The notes below the pieces were generated by a model. That model was not told where the DNA came from. It ran no database searches and saw only the letters and a list, made by a program, of their open reading frames with translations. From contig NW_003526948.1 of NCBI RefSeq assembly GCF_000181795.1, forward strand, positions 1,067,444 through 1,131,443: a stretch of DNA of 64,000 nt, written 5' to 3'. How positions within the stretch are numbered: position 1 is the stretch's first letter; every line of letters starts with the position of its first letter. This document shows positions 40,651 to 64,000 of the stretch, one piece after another. Origin of the DNA: Trichinella spiralis. Its lineage: Eukaryota. The translations under genes were made by a program, and so were the position numbers.

Positions 40651-43600
40651 TGAATACAGTACGAGCAAAAGTTGCAATTTTCATCCAACTAATATAATAA
40701 CAAAGTGAAACAACGTTCTACACAAATTATCTGCCTTTTAAACACTGGCATAATCGTATTGATGATTAGCATGCAATGCATTGCAAAGCATGCGTTCATT
40801 CAAGCATTCAGTAATAATAATAATAATAATAATAATACAAAGGAACTAATAAATCATAGTGTTAGTTAAGATTTTGACATTTTATTATTTTTGAACAAAC
40901 AAGAAAAGAGAACTGTGTTGCTTATTAATATTATTATTCTATTTATTATCAATCGTAGTGGCGGTTGTTGTTATGTTTGGTGATAAATCTTCTTTTTTCT
41001 TTTTAATTTTTAATATTGTGTAAAAAGAATTGTTAAAAGTAATTATTCATGTTGTCATAACAGTGCTCTCTCAGTTTGTTTCAAAATACATTTCTGAAGT
41101 GCTTAGTAACTTATTTTTAAACTTCAACATTATTACTCTTACAACGCAAAATATTGTAAACTTAAAAACTGAAATGAAAAAAAAGAAAACAAATATTAAA
41201 ATATTTTTATAAGTAGTAATAAATTTAAGTTTAAAAATGTTCAATTGATAAAATTCTTATCATCCACGCGGCTGTTGTCGTTTTGATGGCGTGTACGAAT
41301 GAAACGAAACAACTAACAACACTGCTGACGTAAACAATGCAAAGCGTCGAAGAATATATTGACAACGGCATCCGTGTTTTCACCTGACTTTAATGCATTA
41401 AAAATTGTGTTATTATTTTAATTTTAGCAATAAAACGTTTAACCTTCAAACATAATAAATAAACAGTTCATTCACCATTTTCTTGAAGCTGTTAGATTTA
41501 ACAAACAAACAAAATGGAAAGAAATTTATTCTTTGAAAAAATCACATCTTTCTCTTTAATTATTATTATTATTATTATTCTTATTCTTATTATGGTTGTT
41601 GTTGTTGTTGTTTTTGTTGTTGTGTTTTCCCCTTTTTTTAATGGTTAATATTCTCATTCCATCATCTTACATTTGCTCGCCTCAGCGTTCAAATTAAATA
41701 AGGCATCTGTGAAATCAGACAACTTGGTTATTCTATTTAATAAATGCTTCGAAATATCTCTGAAAATATCAACTCTTTCCCTTTTTAAACCATTTTTAAC
41801 TATTGACGTTGATGTAACAAATCATCATTGAATAACCATTTCTTTTGAACTTTATTTTCATAATGTACTGTCATTATTTAACAAAAATTACAAAAGAACA
41901 ATAATAATTATTATTTAACTCAAACAAAAAAGAATTTAAAATTTCAAACAGAAATTTTATAATATTCAACGAATTAATTGCACATTCAATTTGCTCATTA
42001 ATATTTCTGTTCAAAATAAGGATCAATTTTCCACAGTTGAAATTTTTTATGAAATTCAGTTTATGCTTTCAACAAATTTCAATATTTATTATTTTAAATT
42101 TTACTTGCAACAAATTATCATAGTAGTAGTGGACAATGGACACGCAAACCGAAAATCACGACCAGCTGTTCCACGAAAACGGATCAAATATCAAAGCAGA
42201 ACTTTCCAGCAGAATTTCCTCAAAGAATTGATTGACAACTATAGCGCGTTGTGAATTTTTTATTCAGCTCATTCCAAACTTCCAACCGGTGTGTGCAAGG
42301 CGGTGACATGCACGTTGGCGAATTAGCAATTATTAAAAAAGAAAAGCAAGAAACCTTAGATGATCTTTTCCAACTGTTTGAAAAATGTCAGCTTGCCATA
42401 ACTCTCAGAACCGACAAGCTGAAAACCACAATGCTTTGAAATTGGAGAATTCTGCTCTGAATAGCTGGGCCATTTGAGTAAAAAATTTTTCCAGAAAAAA
42501 AATGCACTTTCAGAACATTACTAATATTAATTTTCAGAGTCCTTTGTTGAGTCATTGAAAACCACAACTTTCCTCTTCAAAAACGAAAACAACCATCCAC
42601 GTCCACCAGTTACAACAGCATACAGTTGTGCATTATTTGAGAAAATTATAATTTACCAAATGTATAACAATAATAATATATTTCGTTTAAATGAAAATTA
42701 CAATTGTCTTTTTTACAGTATAACTAACAAAGTTGCTTTAAAAAAATTATTATTCGATAATTTGCAGTTTTCAAAATCCTGTAAAAATTCCACACAAAAT
42801 ATAAATTTCTTTCAAAAGTTTCTGCTTACATGCATATTTTTACATATTTTTGTTATTTTTGACACATACAATTTTGATTTGGTTAATAAAAAAAGTTATT
42901 AGTTAAATTGAAGATATTGTTTAAATTTTCTAAAATAATAAATTTCATGAAATATAATACCTTTTTAATTTTATACTCATATTATTTAGAGCGTTTTACT
43001 TTTTTAAACAAAAAAGAAAAAATATTATAACATTACCGTATTTTTCAATAGAAAATTGAACATAGTCGTGAGAGTCGGAAAAATCTACGCAATCACATAG
43101 ATGTATCAAAAGAAGCAACAGAAATGGAAAATACTGTGAAACAATTGGACTCATTTCTTGTTCAGCAAAATTGTATGCATTTTGGATGAGATGCTAATTG
43201 ATGACATAACTGAAAAAAAAGAAGAGAAAGAATAGTAAATTTGTGAAAATTTGTTTCAAATTTCAAGCAAAGTTCCTTCAATGGAACGGAAAAATATAAA
43301 GCAGTTTAATGCAAGTTTGTATGCAGAATTTTGGCTGACCAATGACGACAGACGGACTTATGCAAGTAAATAAAGCAGCAGTTAGCTGAAACGTTGGCAT
43401 GAAGTCTAACGCCATCACACGATAGTGATTTGCACTGCCATCTGGTTGACTTGACAGGAATGTTCACAAATAATTCGTCCTTAATGAACTGCAGTGCACC
43501 TGTGCAGTGCTTAGCATTCAAATTAAACACCATTATTGAAATTCTTATTCCGCTTTTAATTTTACATTAAACAAAAAATGAACACATTTGTACAGCAACA

Positions 43601-44479
43601 AATTGTAAAATTTATCACCATTTTCTGCTATATTATCTTATTCAATTGTAACGCTAGCATCGAACAACACATAACAACAATATTCAACGTATAATTATTA
43701 TATCTTGTACCAAGTTCCATCTGATTAATGAAGCTGCTTTCGTCTTTAATCAAAGAAATGGAAACTCAATAAATGACACTGGAAAAGTGTTTAACAGCTT
43801 TTCACGCTTGCCAACGACAACGACTGGACGTGCATCTTAATCACGAACACTTCTTCACTTAATCTTGACAGAAGAACAATTCATCGACGTTTTCAACAAA
43901 TTCCGTAACTTTTATTATATTCCAATTTAATTCAACTCAAGTGAAAAAATTTTTTCTCAACTCAAAAGCAAATCATATTACGCAAAATCATTTCAAAACA
44001 AATGAATATTCTCAATTGACAAAATCATCAATACAATTCAAATAACGCTAGTTATTAATGCATACATTCAAAGAATTCAATGTAGTAAATAAATTTATGG
44101 CTATTCAATTTTGGTACTTGATTTGGCATCTCTTGAAAAAATTTTTTGGCAATTTGCCAAAACAGCAAACTTATCATTTTAAATTAGTAAGAAATTTCCA
44201 TTTGCTGGTGAAGTTAACTGACATTCACCAAAATTATGCCAAAAAGTAAATTTCAATTCAATAAAGTATTTTTGAAAAGTTGAATACAGTTCGTTTAGAG
44301 ATTTCTTGATTTCCATTGAGAAAAAAATTGTTGAATTAAAAAACAAAGTTTTTATCATCAATTAATCCAAGCAATGATGAAGCAATTTGATTAGTATTGA
44401 TTAAAAAACAAAATATATGTTTCATTATAAAGTTTAATTTGCCAAAAGGTTTTCTTGCCATTTCGTCAACATTACAAAT

Positions 44480-44516
<37 letters not shown>

Positions 44517-44735
44517 CCTACTGTTTGCAACATACTACTAATAACAATTATTTGCACTTTCATCTTTACAGTTTCTGATTTTAATAAATATTATATTTTT
44601 ATATTTTTATAATTATTATTAATAATTTTCAAAATCACTTTTCATTTTTGAAAATTACAAGTTTGGTAAGTTAAAGAAGTTACTGCATTGTTTGAACGTG
44701 ATTTTTATATATGATACAGTAACACCCACATGTGA

Positions 44736-50585
<5,850 letters not shown>

Positions 50586-51046
50586 TTATAATTTATTTCA
50601 GCGTTTTATTTTTTATAATGTAAAATATTCTTCATTTTTCTTTAATATACAATGTTCACTTTTCTCTTGCATCGGCTGCATAATAATAATACGAATACGA
50701 AATTTTTTTCATATTTTTCATTATCTTCATAAGTGATGCATGAATTTGCATTCAAAATTCAATTAATTCGTCCAGTTGATTTTTTAAAATTACTTTTTAT
50801 GGCTTTTTGGTTATTGTTGTAATGAAATCTGATGAAATAAATCTGATTTTTATTTCACTGTTTCTACTTTTGTCTTCTTTTATTGGATATTTTTTGTTTT
50901 CCACAAATAGTATCTATTCCACTTTATCAAACTGTTTTTTTATTTTCATTTTTAATTCTTCAAATTGGTTTCAGCAAACTTTTTATAATTATTCATTTCA
51001 CTATTTTATTTTTTAGAATAAATGTGGGTAAAATAAGCTCAGACTA

Positions 51047-55495
<4,449 letters not shown>

Positions 55496-56449
55496 AAAAA
55501 AAGTTTCACAACAGCAGCACACTATAGCTTATATTAATTTATACATCCATCATTAACGACTACAAGACTAGTGTTGCTTTTGTTGCTGTTGTTTATGGCA
55601 ATTATTTTAACCTGACGTGTCGCATAGTATTGTTGCATGATTTCAGTGAAAGGTTGCCTTAACAAAAGTGATATTGCGCTACATTTCTGATCATATTTGG
55701 CATGTCGAGTGCAATAGTGTTTGTTGTTGTGTCGTGTGCATTGCTATGGTTCATAATGATTATCATGCAAACAAACCAACTGAATGAAAATAGCCAACCA
55801 TTCTTGCACGATATCACACCTGTGATTTTCGTTGTGTTTAATACATTGTTAAACATTTCTAACAAAACTGCATAAACATTTCCTAATTAACATTGCAATA
55901 AACAAATTTCATGCAGCAAAGCATTCTCTGTGGTAACGGGATCAAGGCATTTTCTATAAAAATTTCACGTTTATCGATCTGAATTAAATAATTGCATCTC
56001 CATAATGAAGTGCGGCAAATCATAAAATGCTTCAAGGAAAAGAGTGCACAATAATATGCCCAATAAAGGTTCGTAAATTTTCAACAAGCCGCAATCCATG
56101 ATTTCGCGAGAAACTTGATAAAATTGCCAGCTTCAGAAGTTGATACTTATTAAAAAATGTAATATTGCATGAAAATTGCAAGGGAATTTCATCATTTTGA
56201 ATAATACTTATTTGATGAATCAATCAATCGTTGCGAATCTTACGTAATCAATGAAAAAATTGAGAAAATAAACATTTCAAATTTGAAAGATGCTGCACAG
56301 CACAAACGAAAATCAGGAACAATTGCTAATCAAGCAAGTCCATATTTTGGCTGAGAACAGTGAGCATTCGTTTGTAAACATCAATAAGCTGATTTTATAG
56401 GCGCATTTAAACAACATTTATGTTTCAATTATATTTATTTTATCACCAT

Positions 56450-59400
56450 TGAAAGCCCATTTTTTCCACTTTTTTCGTCAATAGATCAAGAAATGCGGAA
56501 CTAGGATTAGTGCGGATAAGTTTGTATTAGTTGCCTAATCGTCCCCAAACGATTCAAGTCAATTTAAGTCATTTTTGGAGAAAAAAATTTTTTCTGAAAA
56601 TTTCGTAATTACGGGTCTATTAAGCTTTGCTGTTGTGCAAAAACGTTATCGAAACTTATACTTTATTTCATATGTAAACGTACACATCAATAAATGATAC
56701 TGCTATACAGAGATTTATCCATAACTACCCAGTAGTTGTGGAATTAATGGCATCTAAATTTGGCATATTGCCTATCTTAATGCGTAGGCCGGCTTCCCAG
56801 TTTTTTCACAATATCTCGAGAAGTAGGAAACTGGTAACGGCGGGGATAAGTTTATTGTACTCCTCTAATCGTTTCTGATCGATTGTCACCCATGAAGTCC
56901 ATTTTTGGAGTCTAACGGCTTACTCGAAAATAAGAAATTTCATGGACTATAGAATTGCTTTTTTTGCGAGAAACGGCAAAATTATTTTGCCCAATTTACA
57001 CTTTTTTGATTGTTAGATGTTCACAATGATTTATGATGATGTTCCGCACAGCATTCTCGGAAACTGCCCGGTAATTGTGTAATAAATTGTTTCTACTGTT
57101 AGCATGTTGCTTGTTGACTATAATAAATAGCCTAAGCACTTGTTTCTTGCTTGCTTGAGAATGATTTCATGCAAATCTTCATTTGTTTGCTCTGCGTTCA
57201 CTTATCTGCATTCAGTTGCAATGATTGAAGTTGAATGGTGTGTGTTGTGGCTGCAATGGTGTTTTCTTTATATTGACAGATGAAGAATTGCATAACAAAG
57301 CAGTTTGTTGTTTGCATATTGTTGTACTTTTTATTTTAGTTAATTCATCTCCATTTGTAGAAAATCCTGCAAACATGATGATCCTGAACCAAAAGAACAT
57401 CTGACTTATATCGTATATATAATGTTCCTACTTTGTTTGTTACGGATGCTTCTGTTGTCACGTATTACTACAAAGTCCACGTTACTTTTCATCAAATTGC
57501 TGACGGCACGGCGCTCTTGTTTTAAAATACGTAAGGGACGTAGAACACAATCTTCATATTTGCATCTAGAGGAAATTATATCGATCTGCTGATGATACAG
57601 ATATGAGAATTCATTTTAAAGTAATGCTGCATAAATTGGTAAACAGTCCAGTGCGGTAGAACGTTGTTTTCACGTAAAAGACGTGTTTCCCTGATAATGT
57701 TCTGCCTTAAAGACTGATGATGGAAAAAAAATTGCGGAGATCATGAAAGTAGTTCATTTGGCGTTGCACATTTCTTCAGATTTCACTTCGGATTCAATCC
57801 CGAAATATGAGACTATCTGTCTCTGAATACATAGGGAAGCTTCGCATATTCTGAGTATATCTGGAAAACTACACAACGGGAACGTCCGGCATAAGGTGGC
57901 TACACTCTTCTAACAGTTTCTGATCGACTGCAAAATATTAATTCCATTTTTTGAGTCCAAAGATTTTCTCGAAAATTGTGACATTTCATGATTCTCAAGG
58001 TGATTCTCAAAAGTTTCAAATTTCATAGGCAATAGACTTTGTTGTTTCTAGGAGATCGATTACAGCGCTTTTTGCGAAATTTCAATGCTTTTGATTTCTA
58101 GACATTCACAATGATTACCGAAAATGTTATGCAAAGTACCATTCGAAAGTACCTAAAAATTGTGCAATAAATAGTCTCCAAATTTGTCTGCTGCCTATTT
58201 TAATACGTACGGAATTTTTCCATGAATAACTCTCTTCCTACGGCAGCAATGACTGCCAATTTTTTCACATGAGAAATTTTTGACAACGAATCTATTAAAT
58301 TTCCACTCATTTATTGTTATTTTACTATCAATTGAAGTAAATTTCTGAAATTACTGCAGTTAAATTATCATTAATTGCTGCAAATCAAATCGTAAGCGTT
58401 GTAAATGTTGACTTTTTCCAAAACTAAACATTTCATGGAATACAATCCCTGTTACTATCTTTCTCATTGATTAAGTTCCTGATTAATGCCACATGTGTGG
58501 CTATTTGAATTTACTTTCGCAAATTAACAACGATGCAATGCCGATTTGCATAATTAGCATAATGTGTACTCGCCCAGAGTTGAAATGCATTACAAATGAT
58601 ACAAAATTAAATAAATTCACAATTTATATCAAATTATTCGGCTCAACCATGGTATTTGCTCGAATCTTTTGAGAAATTTACCAGTATGTACAGTGAAAAT
58701 TATTCCCAGCATCTCGGAAATTATGCCGCTTTGTAGAGTAATTTGATGATATGTGCAAATAGATGTGTGCTAATCGAAGGTATGTAAATGTTTAATAACG
58801 CGCAATCGATGATTTTTTGAGAAATTTAATGAAATTGCTGGTTTGAGCATTTGAATTTTATAAAATGTAAATAATGGCAACTTGCACGAAAATAGTTTTC
58901 TGATGCGATAATTTTGGATAATTCATATCTAAAAATTGAAATAAGTGAAAAAATTGAGTGAATAAAATTTTTAATTTTGAAAGTTACTGTTATTTTAAAT
59001 AAAATCAGGAATAATTCCTATTAAAAAGAATTCCTCTTTTCGGGTGAAAACATAGATATTTTTGATGTAAAAATTAATGAAACCATTCCATTTGCACAAT
59101 TATTTATGTTCCGCTTTCCATTACATTTTATTTCCAATCCGTCAAAATCTCCTTTTGTTTAACTTTTTCGATATCTCAACAAATACACAATCAGGAGGTG
59201 TCGGTATAATTTTATAATAATTGGCGAATCATTCTATAGTGATATATACCAATTGCTTTAATTTTTTGAGAAAAAAATTCTTATCGAAAATTGCAAAATT
59301 AGATGGCGTAAAGACTTGGTTGTTTTTTGCAAAAATCACCGAAAAAATTGATTTCGAAATTTGGAATTTTTTTGAAAGTAATAATGTCATATTGTTAAAA

Positions 59401-59500
59401 TAAAGTGTTTCCAAGAGATTCAATTCACACTTTTCAGTAGTTGTGGAATAAATGGCCTCTGAAGTTGCCATGTGCCTATCTTAATACACAGGGAAGCGGC
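56450..59500. repeat. Degenerate repeat family, unit about 330 bp, at least four copies
   Basis: Shared blocks: cgg(g)ataag...taatcg...catttttggag...tcgaaaat at about 56513, 56843, 57887 and 59202; ttcacaatgatt at about 57019 and 58106; gtagttgtggaat(t/a)aatggc...gcctatcttaat at about 56731 and 59437. Confidence 0.7.
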
Positions 59501-60138
59501 CCATTTGAAAATCCGTTGAAACGGATCGACGGTGGTTGAATTTTGATATAAAAATGTTTTTCGACTTTATAATGAGGTATTCGTTGAAACTGCCACGTTT
59601 TGTGCAATATTTCGTTGTTTCGGGCAAGTCGATTTTCCTTCATTTTCGGTCCATTTCGAATAAATTGAAAAAAGTTGTTTCAATACGGGCTAAGATGTGC
59701 ATAGAATCTTCCATTTGTTAATTTTATACTGACTTATCTCATTTAATCGACCAATAGAGAAGAACTTTTCAAGCTGTGGCTGCCAATATTTATTAACACC
59801 TGTGTGTCTTACCGTATGCCGACTCTACGTTTGATGTTTTCGAAAAACAATCATATTATTGAATTCTATGCTGTTCATGATCCAAATTATTCATTGGGCA
59901 TCTTTTTGATACCAAGCATGTCGCAGTTTGATTCTATTTTCGCCCAGTACATCATAATGAAATTTCGCTTATGCAAATGAGCTTTAAATGTTGTATTTTT
60001 AAAAATAATTAATTTCAAACGGTTAAAATAAAATAAATTAACAATTTATGAAAAACGAATGCCTCTTTGATTAGTATTTATACTATTTTTTTCCAACATT
60101 TTTGCATACAAGCAAGGGGAAAGAAAAGCGTGCTCGGG

Positions 60139-60148
60139 NNNNNNNNNN
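60139..60148. other. Assembly gap (10 N)
   Basis: Run of N. Confidence 0.99.
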
Positions 60149-60680
60149 GGGCAAATTCAATAATTATAAATTCATAAAATTTTTCAATTTTTCATTTACA
60201 TTTCATCTATAAAAGATTTTGATTATCCATTAATTTTATACTGATAATATATTTTTAGTGTAAAGCAGTTTTTTACTTTAATGTATAATGTCAAAGTAGA
60301 TTTCTACTTTAAAACAGTCTGACGTAAACAGTTAAAGGGATATAATATAGTAAACATTAAATTAGCATAATTTTATTTATTAATTATTTGTGAATTAGCC
60401 ATTGTTTGAATATAAATTTTTTACTTATGAAAGTGTTAATCGGGGTCTCCTTTAATTAGGCAGTGGCAAAAGTAAACTTGGTATAAATGAATTAAACAAT
60501 TAGCTTAGACAAGGTGCAACGAGTTTAATCTTTTTATAAATAGGAAGTAATCTTCTATAAATAGAATGTTATTAATCCGTAACATGTAGGAAAACAATGT
60601 ATTAAATGAGATTAATTTTAATATGCTAATTAGAAAGTTTAAAATGCAACGTAAATGCAACACTGAGTATTTTAATTTTT

Positions 60681-60830
60681 AATTAGGTTAAATAACGTCA
60701 CTCATAACTACATATTTTAGCAGTGAGAGTTTTTTAATTAATGATTAACATACAATGTAAACACAAAAGTGGGTCATAATATTTTCTAATTAGGTATAAT
60801 AACGTCACTCGTAAGTAGATATTTTAGCAG
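60681..60830. repeat. Degenerate tandem repeat, period 107 bp
   Basis: aattaggttaaataacgtcactcataactacatattttagcag (60681) versus aattaggtataataacgtcactcgtaagtagatattttagcag (60788). Confidence 0.75.
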
Positions 60831-61200
60831 GGTTTTTTAATAGTTAATTAGAATGTTTTAAATGGAATGCAAAAAACAGCTACTTACAGTACTCTGTTTT
60901 ATTTGAAAAGATAAGTAGGCATAATACATTAAATCAATAATGATGAGTTGTAAATCATACGGTAAGTATGCAAACATGAGGTGGTTCTGCAGGACAGTAC
61001 ATTAATATTGAGTATCAGGTGTGACGGCAATTTGATGTGCATGAGGCGGCAAGGCTTAGTAGGCGAGACGATTCACATTTGCCTGGCAGCGCACGCCATC
61101 TGGTGCGGAAGCTACGTCTTCGGCGGATCAGAATGGCCATCTGGTCCGTCGAGGGTGGATCAGATGGATCCACCCCAAAGTCATCTCGGCCAAAATCGTG

Positions 61201-62153
61201 NNNNNNNNNNNNNNNNNNNNNNNNNNNNNNNNNNNNNNNNNNNNNNNNNNNNNNNNNNNNNNNNNNNNNNNNNNNNNNNNNNNNNNNNNNNNNNNNNNNN
61301 NNNNNNNNNNNNNNNNNNNNNNNNNNNNNNNNNNNNNNNNNNNNNNNNNNNNNNNNNNNNNNNNNNNNNNNNNNNNNNNNNNNNNNNNNNNNNNNNNNNN
61401 NNNNNNNNNNNNNNNNNNNNNNNNNNNNNNNNNNNNNNNNNNNNNNNNNNNNNNNNNNNNNNNNNNNNNNNNNNNNNNNNNNNNNNNNNNNNNNNNNNNN
61501 NNNNNNNNNNNNNNNNNNNNNNNNNNNNNNNNNNNNNNNNNNNNNNNNNNNNNNNNNNNNNNNNNNNNNNNNNNNNNNNNNNNNNNNNNNNNNNNNNNNN
61601 NNNNNNNNNNNNNNNNNNNNNNNNNNNNNNNNNNNNNNNNNNNNNNNNNNNNNNNNNNNNNNNNNNNNNNNNNNNNNNNNNNNNNNNNNNNNNNNNNNNN
61701 NNNNNNNNNNNNNNNNNNNNNNNNNNNNNNNNNNNNNNNNNNNNNNNNNNNNNNNNNNNNNNNNNNNNNNNNNNNNNNNNNNNNNNNNNNNNNNNNNNNN
61801 NNNNNNNNNNNNNNNNNNNNNNNNNNNNNNNNNNNNNNNNNNNNNNNNNNNNNNNNNNNNNNNNNNNNNNNNNNNNNNNNNNNNNNNNNNNNNNNNNNNN
61901 NNNNNNNNNNNNNNNNNNNNNNNNNNNNNNNNNNNNNNNNNNNNNNNNNNNNNNNNNNNNNNNNNNNNNNNNNNNNNNNNNNNNNNNNNNNNNNNNNNNN
62001 NNNNNNNNNNNNNNNNNNNNNNNNNNNNNNNNNNNNNNNNNNNNNNNNNNNNNNNNNNNNNNNNNNNNNNNNNNNNNNNNNNNNNNNNNNNNNNNNNNNN
62101 NNNNNNNNNNNNNNNNNNNNNNNNNNNNNNNNNNNNNNNNNNNNNNNNNNNNN
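61201..62153. other. Assembly gap (about 953 N), flanked on the right by (CA)n(TA)n
   Basis: Run of N. Confidence 0.99.
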
Positions 62154-62202
<49 letters not shown>

Positions 62203-62234
62203 GTATGTATTTAATAATATGAATGCATGCTTAC

Positions 62235-63432
62235 CTGCAACACCCGTGAAACTGAATGCTGGAAGATTCTGTGCTTTCAGCACAGCAGTGTTGATTTTAT
62301 TTGTCGATGGATAGTAGCTGATGGAAATTAAAAGTTCACCTCGAGATTCTACAGTTTGAAACTAAAAATAAACATAATTTATTATTAATAATAATTTTCT
62401 TTGTAAAAAATGAAGAAATTCGATCCTGAAACGCAGAGTAAGAGAGAAAATCAAACAGATAAAAATAAAATAACCTTCCAGTTGTGGCTGACCAATTCGA
62501 CTTCCATTTCGACCGTCTGCTGGGATTGTCTCAGTTCCAGCTCGTTCAAAGGGCATATAGCTTCTCCAATAATTTCATCACGCAAATAACGATCAAAAGC
62601 GACGACCGCAAAATGCAATGTCGTATTTTGAAGCTGATTGTAATTGATACCGTAAAAAATGAATTCCTCATCATATACTGGACTGCAAGTGTTGCGCACG
62701 ACTCGGGTTTTAATTTTGTGCTGCTTGTCCGGAAGCAGCTGCAGTTTGACGTAGGCGTCGACAAGTTGCTTACCGCCAGTGAACGCACCTCGCCTGGTGG
62801 GCAGACCGTATGCGTTGCAAATCTGCACCGTCAGGGCATTCTTTTCGAAACTGTATGCCAGCGTGAAGTGCAACATCCCACAACTGTTGTCGGCTTTCCC
62901 ATTCAACTGGGCAACAGCTCTACTCTTCTGCGCTGCCAACGACTGCTGTTCGTCCGCATCATCTTCACCATTCCCCCCTTCTTCGCAATTCTGCTTCGCC
63001 TGCTGATGACGCTGAATTTTCGACTCCTCATCACCAACGTTGTCTCCCCCACTGGCCGACTGGTGCTGCTTTTCACTGTCCACACTTTCCGGCGACTGCA
63101 TGGGCGATGGCGATTTCTTCAATCCGCCCGGACCTGCGGCATTTTTCAAACTGATCACTGGCTTCACTTCGTTCGGTCTCACTGTTTCACGGGGTTCTTT
63201 CATTGGACTCAAATAACTGTACCGGTGACGGTGACGACGACGGCTGGCGAAACATGCCGTCACCGCAACCACGCCCACCAGCAACACCGCACCCACACAC
63301 AGGCCGGTTGTTAACAAATTTGAATCTGAAAATTTATTCATCAACAGCTCCACTGATGAAAAATGAACAAACAACGAACAAAAAGCAAAGCAAAAAAGAA
63401 AAAAAAATAGTCAAATCACCTGATGAAAACAT
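62235..63432 (-). CDS. Synaptotagmin-4/11-like protein; 3' part (most of C2B) lost in the gap
   Basis: Short exon MFSS|VELL..., TM (GLCVGAVLLVGVVAVTACFA) followed by RRRHRHR; C2A GMLHFTLAYSFEKNALTV...DAYVKLQLLPDKQHKIKTRVVRNTCSPVYDEEFIFYGI...LHFAVVAFDRYLRDEIIGE; C2B start SRGELLISISYYPSTNKINTAVLKAQNLP with a GT donor at about 62234. Confidence 0.88.
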
Positions 63433-64000
63433 GCAAATGGATCAGTTTAAATTGGATATGAAAATTCCGATCAGCATCACCTGCTGCTTGCTGAACGGAG
63501 CAGCAAATGACTAGCAGAGAAATAATGGAACGCTCGACGATGTGTGCGCTTTTATGGGCAACAATTTTTGGTTACGTCAATGCGCACAAATTGCAACGCA
63601 CTCGCTTCTCTCAGATAAAACGATGCCCACTAATGAAGCAAAAGCAGGATCGACGACTGGTCCTAGTCCCTACTAGGGAAGATTAATTTTAAGCTAATAA
63701 CCCCGGCCAATAGCCGAACGCTTGTCATCGCGTTTCCTGGATAATATTTTAACTCCCTTTCTTTATTATTTTGTTGCGCTCTGAGAAACGTTATTCGATC
63801 CTGACAGCCACAAAAAAAAACAATCACTCGAAAGTAGACCATTAAAAAATTGATATCTCGGCCAATTTTCCACTGAACACGGTTCAGTATAGAACATTTC
63901 GAACAACAAAATCAATATTTAATTATCAAGCGATGCACATTAAGGAAGTTTTTGATGTCTCTGAGTGCAAGTTTGTTTGTTTTTTTTCTTCTTCTTTTTT

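Noticed and set aside
56450..59500. CRISPR-like or prokaryotic defence array
   Set aside because: The repeats are long, degenerate and irregularly spaced, the context is eukaryotic, and there are no cas genes.
60981..62314. Several 330-425 aa ORFs
   Set aside because: Artefacts of reading through about 950 N bases.
62484..63314. 276-aa plus-strand ORF
   Set aside because: Antisense shadow of the synaptotagmin exon.

Overview
AT-rich eukaryotic genomic scaffold with compact genes and many short (about 50-90 nt) GT-AG introns. It is most likely nematode DNA; a clade I species such as Trichinella is my inference from composition, intron size and the nematode-type APG-1 N-terminus, and it is unverified. 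Nine recognisable intron-containing genes lie in this order: acetylcholinesterase (+), SCO copper chaperone (-), SLC4 bicarbonate transporter (+), RSPRY1 (-), ARID1/osa/let-526 SWI/SNF subunit (+), EVA-1-like twin-lectin receptor (-), AP-1 gamma adaptin (+), GBA2 GH116 glucosylceramidase (+) and a synaptotagmin-4/11-like gene (-) cut by an assembly gap. The window also holds microsatellites, a degenerate repeat family of about 330 bp at 56.4-59.5 kb, and two N gaps. I found no tRNA, rRNA, CRISPR array or intact transposon. I cannot support a wholly new system. The best leads are a probable apg-1/gba2 operon-type trans-splice junction, a non-consensus GC-AG intron, a small orphan spliced ORF, a CpG-rich island upstream of ARID1, nested palindromes in the ARID1 3' UTR and a few hairpin RNA candidates. 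Exon boundaries were assembled by eye and may be off by a few bases.
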